64,000 nucleotides of DNA from Amphiscolops sp. MND2022. Taxonomy: Eukaryota. Shown here piece after piece: positions 11,601-23,100 of this stretch; positions within the stretch are counted from its first letter, which is position 1, and the number at the start of each line of letters is the position of its first letter. A program made the translations under genes and the position numbers. The stretch covers positions 23,126,001 through 23,190,000 of the forward strand of contig OZ076417.1 in the NCBI GenBank assembly GCA_964187785.1, given 5' to 3'. The notes under the pieces were generated by a model that saw only the letters and a program-made list of their open reading frames with translations, did no database searches and was not told where the DNA came from.

Positions 11601-13670
11601 CAGGAACTCATGATTAAAGCTTAATACAGTTGAACCCGCCTAATTCGTATCACTAGGGACCGAATATAAATGATACGAAAAGTGAGGATACGAATTAACC
11701 AGATATTACCTTGGTCGTCACAGGGTATCAGATGCATACATATCAACCGAAGATCAGAATTATCCGGATACGAATTAACCGGAGTTGACTGCGGTTGCTA
11801 ACTATAGTAGCTAATTCGGATGAATGACCTTTTAGGTGGACAAAAACATCACAATAGAAGGCTGCCTGCTTGGTGACTAGATTGTGTCGTGGTATTCCAG
11901 GCTCTCCTTTTTGTCTTTTTTCGAAGTTTGAGGTGAAAAACTTGCGTTTCTGAAAAACTCCCCAGTAACAAACGTATAATGAAAGATTGGTATAAATGCA
12001 TGTAGTGTAGAGCATACCCTACTCATTGTTCCTGTCGGTGTCGTATGAAGGAAGAAATCATTGTAGTGGATCTCAAAATTGTGTATTTTTGTCAAAAAAA
12101 TTTTGATGTTGAAGTTTAACGTTAATGAAAATGTCTCGTTTATGCCGATTTTCAAAAGTTGATATTGATTGATATTCAGCTAACGATTTCAGCATCATTC
12201 TGAACCAAAAGATTGATTTTTGTTGTTTCCGTTATCAATCAGTCTTTCAATAATGTTTTCTTTTTAGGTTAAAAAAGGTGTGACAATTCATCAATTCCTG
12301 TTCAAGTGTCTCGAGCAACTCAGAGCCGAGGGCCAGTTCCCAGAACTCAGGTTTGTTGTTGAATGCTGGTCGCTTTTGATCTGATCCGGCAAGAGTCTGT
12401 TTCAAACACATCACATTTAATTTCTGAATGTTTGTTGTAGATCAGTCGGAGTTGATCAACTCATGTTCATCAAAGATGATCTCATTCTGCCTCATGTAAG
12501 TAAAATACATTTTCTTTTGTCACACGTTTAATAAATTTTACACCAAGACTCAAAAGGCGCAAATATCCTAAAAGGCTGTTTTCACTCGGCGCTTTTTTTG
12601 GAAGAAAAATGCCCGACTCTTACAGTGGCAAGGTTTTTCGTAATATGACAATTTTCACCCAAAGGTCTCTACAATCTCTTTACAAGGTCACCGCCTTGTT
12701 ATGAAACTTTCAACGTGCCAAGAAGCTTTGAGCTTTAAAGGGCTTTTTCCTGGCTGAAAATGTCAAAAAAGTTGTGAAATGGTTAAAATTTTTGCCGAAA
12801 AAATCTCAAAAGGGAACCTTTTGCACTCTTCTAAATTCGAAGGTCATTTAAAATTGCGGGAAATTGAAAGGGAGGCCCCTTGAGCTCCTGTTAATTATCA
12901 GTCTAGACGATTGTAAAAAGTGCACCTTTCAGAGTAGATTGTAATTTTGAAAAAAAAAATTAGTCACTGCACAGTATGACTCCGGCACGTAAGAAAAGCA
13001 CCGACTAAAAAGATGCAATTTTTCGTTGCAATTTCGCACTTTCCTGAAACTGAAATCATGTATTGTTGAACACATAATTTCCATTGTTTGATGATGTTCA
13101 TGTATTGCTGATTTGTCGAGTTTGACAGCTACTGTTTTGAACCGGTTCCATTATTCTGTTAATTGGCATTTAATTTTAGCATTCAAGTTTCTATGACCTG
13201 ACTATAATGAAAGCCCGATGTCGAAATGGCAATCTCATCTTCCCACCTTCTGACAAACCCAGCAGTAGTTCCAGTGAATTAGCAGCCAGTAGTGCACATA
13301 CCAGCAAATCCTCAATTTCTACCAGCCCAGATAAAGAAAGCGCCAAAGTTGAGAGAGTTGACGTAAGTTTGCTCTCCTACATTCCAGAGCTTCCGAAAAT
13401 TCTCCACTTTCTAGAAACCTTCATCAATTCTTCATTTTTATTGCTGCAAAAGAAAAAAAATTGGATTATTTAAGCGACTAGTTTTGTATTTGGATCCTGG
13501 AACCTTTAGTCACTGGTTTACATTTTGAAAAATGGCTACCTTTTGCTGATGGTGTTTTTTTCTAGAATGCTAAAGTAGCCCTGAGAAATTGGTACGACAA
13601 ACACAAACATATCTACCCGGCCAGCAGGTGGAATGCATTCGACCCAGAGAAAGTTTCGGAGCCTCAATAA
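2651..13670 (+). CDS. FAM50A: FAM50/XAP5 family nuclear protein (8 coding exons)
   Basis: GT-AG exons with consistent phase: 2651-2761 ([28 protein letters not shown]), 3922-4006 ([23 protein letters not shown]), 10368-10461 ([11 protein letters not shown]), 10559-10754 ([13 protein letters not shown]), 11205-11333 ([15 protein letters not shown]), 12268-12350 ([10 protein letters not shown]), 12441-12495 ([13 protein letters not shown]), 13180-13362 ([13 protein letters not shown]), 13566-13670 ([24 protein letters not shown]). That is nine segments if all are counted, so the exon count needs cDNA. Motifs match XAP5/FAM50 hallmarks ([14 protein letters not shown]). AATAAA at 13866. The A/B paralog label is nominal. 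Confidence 0.95.
4166..4330. mobile_element. MITE, CAGTGGATCCCGGATA-type TIR family; related copies at 53206-53380 and from ~61427
   Basis: Terminal inverted repeats GGATCCCGGATA / TATCCGGGATCCACTG with flanking TA. The shared internal TATCTTGGCCCCGA motif recurs at ~4228, ~53267 and ~61467. Confidence 0.7.
5162..5926 (+). pseudogene. 5'-truncated, decayed LINE (CR1/L2-like) RT C-terminus
   Basis: [30 protein letters not shown] thumb-domain motifs, interrupted by a stop at 5599, continuing as [20 protein letters not shown]. Confidence 0.8.
6229..9625 (+). mobile_element. Non-LTR retrotransposon (LINE) ORF2: AP endonuclease, RT and C-terminal CCHC; ORF1 absent; in FAM50 intron 2
   Basis: EN motifs [25 protein letters not shown] motifs [41 protein letters not shown]-terminal [12 protein letters not shown]. 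(TAA)n tail at ~9611-9625. Clade not resolved (CR1/L2-group or RTEX-like). Confidence 0.93.
11370..11793. mobile_element. Two adjacent related MITEs (CAGT..GAGTTGACTG ends) in a FAM50 intron
   Basis: The units CCGCCTAATTCGTATC...CCGGAGTTGACTG occur at ~11370-11531 and ~11627-11793. Confidence 0.6.
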
Positions 13671-14194
13671 CGAAATTAGCTTCTGGAAGGACCTTCATAG
13701 GACTATGCAGTTGAAAATATCCTCTATCCGATAGTTTCTAACAGTTGAAGAATCTGGAAATTGTATTAGTCTCATGCACACTGACTGGGATGTATGAACA
13801 ATTGTTGTTACTTATTTTTGTGTTTTCATTTAAACTTATTACATTTTTTCTCGACTTGATATTGGAATAAAAGTTGATATTGTGATTTCTTCGGTAAAAA
13901 TCATATTGTTGAAACTGGCAAACTGCGGCAAAAACCGCAATACAATACATAATCTTAGGAAAATACAGGGATTCAGGTATTACATGGATCCATTATGTTG
14001 GTAATAGCTGGAATAGCACAACCCGAAAAAAACTTATTCAATCTAATAGAAAACTTTTTAACCATTTTATGAACAATCTTTGGTTTGATATTACTAAATT
14101 AAGCTTTTTTCCTGGCGCTTTTCAGTTTTTTACCTCATTTCAGAACTTATGAGTTGATTTTAACCCTTAACAACTCCTTCCCTTCCCAACAGAG

Positions 14195-17100
14195 ATGTCT
14201 TACGTAACCTCTGCCGATTGCCCTTCCTACCGACCAATCCACCAGACCCTGTGCATAAGAAAGATCAACTTCGACAAACAATCGCTTTTCGGGGTCGTCG
14301 AAATAAAGCTCAAAGTTCACAGGTTTGTTTGTTCACATGAAGTCAAGAACTGTGTCCGCAACTGATCGAATCAATTTTTTCTCCATATTTTGCTTCGCGA
14401 GTTGATTGCTTTCAGTAAAATTGTTTAAAATTTTTTTTTAAATTAAAACAAGTATCTAAATTTATACAACAGTTATATACAAGTATATAAAACAACTTGT
14501 ATTATTGATTGGAGGAATACACCTGAAATTGGGAAATCACTGAGTGATCAAAAAGCAAATCACACCTGCATTTTTTTTACAAAACAGGGAACTTAATGAT
14601 AATTTGGCAGTCATTTCACTTGAGACTTTTGGCTGTTTCAATTGAGAATGAACGTTTAAACAGTACTTCTTCAGTTTAATGTAGATACTAATCCGGAAAT
14701 TTCGCTGTCCTTTGTTTTTCAATCCCACTCCACTGTTTATTTTTGTAGAATTATTTTCGTTTTGGATTTTCTTTTGCTCATTAAAATTTATTTTGCATAT
14801 CCGAAAAATCTTTGTGACTTCCGAAGATGTCGATTTGAGAAACTGTCATTGTATATTAGATGTATCTATCCGAGCGACACTTAATTAAACTACTTCTATA
14901 AAACTTCAAATCCAAAATTTATATGCGCAAAAATTAATGTTTGAAAGTGATGCAATCCGGTTTTCTAGGCGAAAGTGTTCAAGTTCAATTCATTTTTGAT
15001 ATTCTACTTCACACAATGATGAAATTACTGCTGTAATTTTGATTTATATTTTGAGGAAGTTCAATCTTTTTCACACTCATTTTCTCCAGCTGGTTGCTTC
15101 TCTCTTCTGAATAATGTGTTTCCCACCTTTTTTGGGTTTTTCCATTTCTCGAATTTTCTTTCCAATGTGTGAGAATTCGGTTTCTTCTGAATGTATTCAT
15201 CCAAAAATAGTACGAGCAGGAAGAATATCACGTATAATAATATAAGGTGGCTAAAATTTTGTTTCAGATTCCCACTGGAGAAAGTGACCCTCAACTGCAG
15301 ACACGCGAGGCTGTACAGAGTGACTCTGAATGGAAGCAAACAAATTGGGTTCGAGTACCGCGACCCCACCCTTCTCGTGTGCCCGGACGACATCAAACAG
15401 AGAAACCTGGACTACTTCTGTGGGGCCTACATGCAGGCCATACAGGCTACCAGCTTCGAAAATGGTTGGTGGTACTTCGGTCGTTGTTGTTTTTGAAGAC
15501 AAATTCAAATTTGCGCTTATGAGATCTTCGGCTCTTTTTCCTTTTCCACACACTTTCGAAGAAAAAAATGCAACATAAAGGATTATGTTGAGACTAGAAT
15601 ACAAAGAAGAAGAATTCGTTCAATTAAACTGACGTTATTGATTCAATCAGATTTTGACACATTGCTTAACATGTTTGAATGACTTTTTCACGCCTTGTTC
15701 ACATTTGATTTCTTGCTGCCATTTTCGATAATACAAATCAGTCTGTTTTCTCTTTTTCAATTCATTGCTCTCCCGAAACACAACATTATTTGGTGCATTG
15801 CGACCAGGGAATTATCAGAAATTCATCACAAAGATGACAAGCAGATACGAAAGCAAAAGTTTGGATCAACTCAAAAGATCACGTTCAGCAATCAGTGGTG
15901 TGATCACCAAAAACAAAGTTCAAATCGACGCAATTTTGACACAAAAAATTGCCGATATCGACACAGCTAAAATTAGTTTCTTAGAAGGGCTACAGGAAAA
16001 GCTCGAAGAACGACTAGCAGACTCAGCTCATCTGAATGCTGCTATCTTAGAGAAAACACCAGACGAAGATGCCGCAGTGGAACAAGAATTCGTAAACGCA
16101 GAAGAGTTCGAAGAGAGAATTCGAACACTAATCAAGACAATTGACAATTTCCTGCAGCAATTGGAAAAGCCAGACCCAGCACTGGTCACCGCAGTCGCAG
16201 CTACTACTTCCTCGACGGGCACAGCCTCGGGAACAGGACATTTGAAGATGCCGAAATTCGACTTACCAAAGTTTGACGGGCAATACACGAAATGGGTTCC
16301 TTTTTACGAACAATTTATCGCTTCCGTGGATAGCAACAGCTCCATTCCGGACATACAGAAGTTCAACTACTTAAAGTCAGCACTTTCAGGTGAAGCTCTG
16401 CAGTTAGTAGCACATATACCTCTTTCTACTTCTAACTATAAGGTTGCCTTGAAATCATTGCGAGAAAGATACAATATAAAACGGCTAATTATCAATTCTC
16501 ACATTGATAAAATCTTGCAATTGAAGCCACTAGTCAATGAATCAGCAGTTGAATTGCGAAAATTGATGGTCGCCTTTGAAGAAAATTTGATGGCATTGGA
16601 CGCTTTGAACGTCAAAGGTGGAGATCCATATTTGATTCGATTTCTTTGGCAAAAATTAGACGAAGAATCTCGAAAACAATGGGAATTACACTGTCCTGGT
16701 ACTGGTTTGGAAACGTTAGACGAGTTCAAGGATTTCATCAACAAGCGTGTTCGCGCCTTAGAGTCATATATCGACCCTTCAACTCAAAATAAGAGTTCCC
16801 AAAAAACGTCATTTTCAAGAGAAATTCACCGCCAAAAAACACATTTTCCGGCTTCACAAAGTTACAAGGCCACAATTGAAATTTGTCCATGCTGTAATGA
16901 AGCTCACAAGCTTTTCATGTGCAAAAAATTCGAGTCCTTAAATGTCAAGGATAGAAAAAATGTTGCTTACAACTCCAAGCTTTGTTTCAACTGCCTATCA
17001 TCTGGACACGTTACAAAAGACTGTATGTCCAAAAGTTCATGCAAAAAATGTCAAGCCAGGCATAATACGCTTCTACACGTTGAACCCCACTCCAACAACG

Positions 17101-20100
17101 GAGAGACCTCCAGCTCAGTTGTTTTGGGGCATCAGGGGACATTTTTTTCGGCGGGAATTTTGCCAACCGCGATAGTCACGATTGAAGATCAGGCTTCTAA
17201 CATTCATACTTGCCGAGCCCTACTTGACACAGGCTCTCAAATAAACCTCATTAGCGAGGAAGCAGCTCAGAGAATGGGGCTGAAACGAGAAAAACGGTCT
17301 TTGACAGTCAATGTAGTTGGAAACATCTCAAAAACTCATAATTCAGGACTTGTTCAGTTGCATCTCAAGTCCAAAAATTATGGAAAATCAATTTCTATAC
17401 AAGCTTTTGTTCTGCCCAAGCTAACGCAGAATGTTCCCAGCAAAACGTTTCTCACAGATGGTCTTTTACATATGAAGACAGTTGAACTCGCCGATCCAAC
17501 TTTCAACAACACAGGCTCAATTGATTTGATCTTGGGATCCGAAATCATAGAAGATATTTATCTGGATGGAAAATTCGAGGAATCGAACGGTCTCAAATTT
17601 CGCAATACAATTTTTGGTTGGGTTGCCTCTGGCAAGCATCCGCAAGGTCACAGTCCATCCTTCACAACTTCCCTTTGCATAAATGAAACATTTGATCTAA
17701 AGAAATTCTGGGAATTAGAAGAACTTCCACCCGCAGAAAAGTTCACACAAGAAGAAATAGATTGTGAAAAACATTTCACTGATACTACCAAAGTAGTGAA
17801 TAACAGGTTCACAGTTCAAATGCCATTCAAAGAAAATTCTCAAAAACTTGGAGATACATACGTTCAAGCAAAAAGACGATTTCTCAGTCTAGAAAGAAGA
17901 CTTCATGCCAATGACAAATTGAAACAAGATTATACAGATTTTGTGAATGAATTCATAACTTTGCAGCATTTAGAGAAGGTTCCTGAAGAGGAATACGAGA
18001 TTGACTCAGAAAAGGTCAATTTTCTACCGCATCATTGTGTCCATAAAGAAGATTCAACAACAACTAAAATCAGAGTAGTTTTTGATGGTTCCTCCAAATC
18101 CACATCAGGTGTTTCACTAAATGACACTCTCATGGTTGGACCAACGATTCAACAGGATCTGTTTTCAATTTTGATAAGATTTAGACTTCATCAAGTCGCA
18201 CTTTCGGCCGACATTGCAAAAATGTACAGACAGATCGCACTCAGTAAAGAAGCACAAAACTTCCATAGAATTCTTTGGAGAGAAGATCCCTCGAAGCCAA
18301 TAGAACAATTTCGCATGACACGTGTTACATACGGGATAGCCTCGTCCGCATTCCATTCGACCAGATCATTAGTAGAAGTTGGAAATTTGTGCAAAAACGA
18401 AGAAATTGGACATTCGATAAAGTTTGACTTCTATGTCGATGACTATCTTTCTGGAGCGGAAACTTTAGAAGATGCAAAGCAAAAGGTACACGAAATTTGC
18501 ACCCAACTCAAGCAGTATGGTATGGAACTCCGAAAGTGGGCCTCCAGTCACAGTGACATCATTGTAGAATTGCCGCAACATCTCCGAGAAAGTTCAGATG
18601 AAGAAAAATTCATGGATCAGAATTACAAAATCAAAACTCTCGGAATATCTTGGAAGCCAAATCTCGACAGTTTCATATTTCACTCCAATTTTTCAGACAC
18701 TTCACAAATAACCAAACGCAAGCTCTTGTCTGAAACAGCGAAACTATTTGATCCAGTTGGTTGGCTAGGACCAGTAGTCATTCAATTTAAAATACTTCTT
18801 CAAAAGATTTGGACACACGGTGTCGGTTGGGATGACATATTACCAGCCGAAACAGAACAACAGTGGATTGAAATGAAGTCTGATTTGTTAACTCTACAAG
18901 ACTTCACACTTCCGCGTTGCATAGTACCTTCTTCAAGAATTGTAAATGTACAATTTCATCTTTTCACGGATGCATCAGAATCAGCATACTCAGCAGTTGT
19001 TTACAGTCGCATAATTGATGAGAATGGGTTCATCAGCACGAATCTAGTAGCAGGAAAAACTCGCGTCGCACCTATTAAAACAATCTCTCTTCCACGATTG
19101 GAACTATGTGGTGCACATCTTGGAACAAAACTTCTGACAAAGGTTTTAGCAGTAATGAAAATATCCAAGTTTCAAAAGATCGAATCTTTTGGTTGGACAG
19201 ACGCAACAATAGTTCTTCAATGGTTAGCACAGTTGCCACGTACATGGACAACATTTGTAGCAAACCGTGTATCTGAGATACAGCAAACTTTGCCAAGATC
19301 ACACTGGAATCATGTTCGATCAACTTCAAATCCAGCTGATCTTTCTTCAAGAGGTTCAAGGTTCACAGACCTCAAGGTATCCACGCTCTGGTGGAATGGG
19401 CCAGATTGGCTTGCCATGCCATCAGACACTTGGCAAAAGACACCTCTAGTTGTAGATTCATCAATTCGACACAAAGTCACCGAAGAAGAAAGAAACAAAA
19501 AGTCACGCGAAAACAATCAACCAGAAACAGTTACAACAAGTCTATCTACAACATCAACACAGCCAATTTATGATGAGAATGTCTACTCAACATTGCATAA
19601 GCTATTTCGAGTGATTGCCACAGTCAAAATAGCCATTTCCAGATTCAAGAAAGACAAGATTCCTTGTCAAATCACATCACAACTACTACAACATGCAAAA
19701 TTGCATTTTCTCATCCATCACCAAACCACACATTTTCACGAGGAATACAGCCTTCTACAATCACAAAAGGAATTGCCCAAAACAAGCAAATTACTCAATC
19801 TCTGTCCATTCTTCGACACAGAAACAAACACCATTAGAGTCGGAGGACGACTTTCGCAAGGTAATTTTCTTGAAAAGAATTTTCCATTTCTCGTCAAAGC
19901 CAATTCAAACTTCGCCAGCTTGATACTACAGCATTTTCATGAAGCTACCCTTCATGGTGGGGGGCAGCTCACTTTGAATACCAGTCGCGAAGAATATTGG
20001 ATTCCCAAAGGAAAAAATCTCGTCACAAAGATCATAAAGAATTGCGTCAAATGTAGCCGATTCTCAAATGAAATTCCAGCTCAAGTCATGGCCGATTTAC

Positions 20101-23100
20101 CAGCAGAAAGAATCACCGAATCACGCCCTTTCACTAACACTGGAATCGACCTAGCAGGACCATTAACCACGAAGCCAGACAACAAAACATACATCGCAGT
20201 CTTTGTTTGTTTTACTACCAAGGCAACTCATTTGGAAATCGTACAAGATTTGACAAAGGAATCGTGCATATCTGCGCTCAAACGATTCATTGGTAGACGA
20301 GGAAAGCCAGAGAAAATATTCAGCGACAATGGAACCAATTTTATTGGAGCCAGAAACGATCTCCTAAAGATGCAATCATTATTCAGCAAGGAGAACACTA
20401 AAGATTCAATTTCAAACTTTATCTCTCAGAAAGGCATCGAATGGGTCACGATCCCACCGCGAGCTCCACACTTTGGCGGGCTGTGGGAAGCCGCAGTCAA
20501 AAGTATGAAGCGCCACTTACGAAGAACAGTCGGATTACAGAAACTTTCTTATGAAGAACTCAATACTTTCATCATACAAATAGAAGCCATCTTGAACTCA
20601 AGACCAATAACAGCTATGTCGAATGACCCAAATGATCTTCGTCCACTTACCCCTGCACATTTTCTCATTGGTACTCACATGGAGCAGATCCCGCAAGGCT
20701 GCAAGGGTAAAGACATTTCAATGAACCAAAGATTCAATTTACTGGAAAAGCTCAAATCCTCATTTTGGTCATCATGGCACCGCGACTATCTTGTTACACT
20801 TCAAATACGGAAGAAATGGCTCACAGCAGGACCGAAATTTGCCGTTGGTGTATTAGTGCTACTCGCGGAAGACAACATACCAGCATTAAAGTGGAAAATG
20901 GCTCGTATCCAAAAATTATTCTCCGGCAATGACGATGTAAACAGAGTAGCAGAATTGAAAACAGCCAATGGAAACCTCATCCGACCTATTATCAAACTCA
21001 GGAGGCTGCCAATAACGTATGGTGAACCACAGAGCAACAGAGGATAACTTACAGATTGATTTTACTTAAATTTTCATTGAAATTTCATGTTCGCAAAAAT
21101 TCCCAAAAATTGACTTTCGCAATTTTTGTCCCCTGTTGCCCCGTTTGATGTTACACGCATAAATTGTGTACCGTTACCTCACTAGGTCCCTAGTGCATGC
21201 ATTCATATAGGTTACACCGCTCAAAAAAGTTATATCACTGAGATAATTGCATTTTCAACCAAAATTTTCAGGTTTTTTGAAAAATCCTTCTTGAGTTTTG
21301 GTTAAGTTTATTTCACTTCTCCCAATTTCTGGATAAATTTATGGGTACAGCAGCATTCTATAGCTACATGGGTTTCTTTCTACAGTTTATGGCACTATAC
21401 TTTCTACAACCTTATGATTTACTGGCATAGAGACAGTCTGCACATCACCACTATCACATACTTTATTCGGCTTATCAAAGTATTTACCTGCAATAGTCAA
21501 TTTTGTTGACTGCTACCTGGCTGCTGCCTTCGACAGGCAACCGCAGTATACTTGTTGGCAAGAGTAAGCTGCTGTTGCGCCCTCTCCTCGTCCACAAACA
21601 TCTCAACAGAGAACATTGGACAAATGCGGCCCTCCTCCACATCTGTCCAGACTGAGTGCAGCCAGCCATAAGGAAGGTATAGAGACTGCCCAGGCTCCAG
21701 AAGGACCCAGAAAACCTGCTTGGCCATCGTCTTCTTCAGGCTCTGCAAATAGCGAAGGGTTCTACTTGCTGCCTCTCTACGATCCCTTCCCAGACGATCC
21801 AGCTCTCGCGCGACATTTGACAGGTTGCACATTACCCACAACTTCTTTCCTCTCAGCAATGTCAGAAATGCATCACCTTCCTCATGTAGATCATGATGAA
21901 AGGCTCGGAAACTGGACTGCTCTACCAGAATCAACAATCCTCGCCTTTCCTCCACCACACTCGGAAGGGGCTGCCGCAGCACAACTGACCCCTCACAGAA
22001 TCCTCCAGTCAAAACCCTTGACGGCAACTCCAAGGCGTTCTGCACCTCTCTCCCTCTCTGCACTGACGTTGGCAGATTCTCAAAGCTGCTAGCAGACAAC
22101 AGCGCCTCCTATAAGCATCAAGTACAACAGATATTTGCAATTTTATTCATTTTTTGTTCTAGTACAATTCTGGACACCTTTTGTTTATATGATTCATTGT
22201 TTCAACAAGAAAGAATTCTTACCGATTCTGCTTCGGGCAGCCACCCAACGCTCGAGGTCAACAAAGCAGGTTCCTCGCGACGCTGCAGAACCTCATCCAC
22301 CCCTCGAACAGGCACCTTTGAGAAATTGGAGCCCCTCAACCACAGAAGAAACTCATCGAAGGTCGGCAAGGCTTCCTTCTTCTCATCTCTTCTGGGCCTC
22401 TTGAAGGACTCCTCAAACTCGGGCATCTTGGGCTGTCTTCCACTCCTCTTTCTTCCCTCCTCAGATCCCATATACTCAGCCATTGCAAAATCTGAAAATA
22501 TTTGAATCATCTCTGACGGATCCTTCAAGGTGGGCGGGATGTTGAGACTAGAATACAAAGAAGAAGAATTCGTTCAATTAAACTGACGTTATTGATTCAA
22601 TCAGATTTTGACACATTGCTTAACATGTTTGAATGACTTTTTCACGCCTTGTTCACATTTGATTTCTTGCTGCCATTTTCGATAATACAAATCAGTCTGT
22701 TTTCTCTTTTTCAATTCATTGCTCTCCCGAAACACAACAGATTATATTTGGCTATATCGTTTAAGATTTCTTCAAATAAATCTTTTCCTTTGCTTTGTTG
22801 TTTCCACATGAAATCTCACAAGTAACTGTCAACCATTCTTCAATGTATACCCTTTTGTGTGTACGCCATCTGACTCAATCCTGTGGAATTCCGAGTTAAA
22901 GAGTCATTTCAGTATTACAATGGAAACAATTTTGAGTTTTAAATAAAAGATAACGATCCTGAAGAAATTTGACAACTTCATTTTTTTTCGTTCACGCTAA
23001 CACAATTTTGCGAAATTCATTATTATTTCTGGGATAATATTGAAATCTGAATTATTGAACTTTTTTCAGTTCAATTTTTGTCGTGATTTTGAGTACCTAC

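Larger units (their letters stand above)
15586..22739 (+). mobile_element. Full-length BEL/Pao LTR retrotransposon in TAF2 intron 2
   Basis: 200-bp TG..CA LTRs at 15586-15785 and 22540-22739, identical by eye. 5-bp TSD GATTA (15581-15585 / 22740-22744). PBS TGGTGCATTG at 15791-15800 (10 nt complementary to a tRNA-Gly(GCC)-type 3' end). PPT AAGGTGGGCGGGA at 22527-22539. Confidence 0.97.

Noticed and set aside
21616-22092. Plus-strand 158-aa ORF and other + ORFs (22135-22404, 22197-22505) in the BEL 3' region
   Set aside because: These are shadows of the minus-strand JmjC gene, with no motifs; the splice and poly(A) signals support the minus strand.
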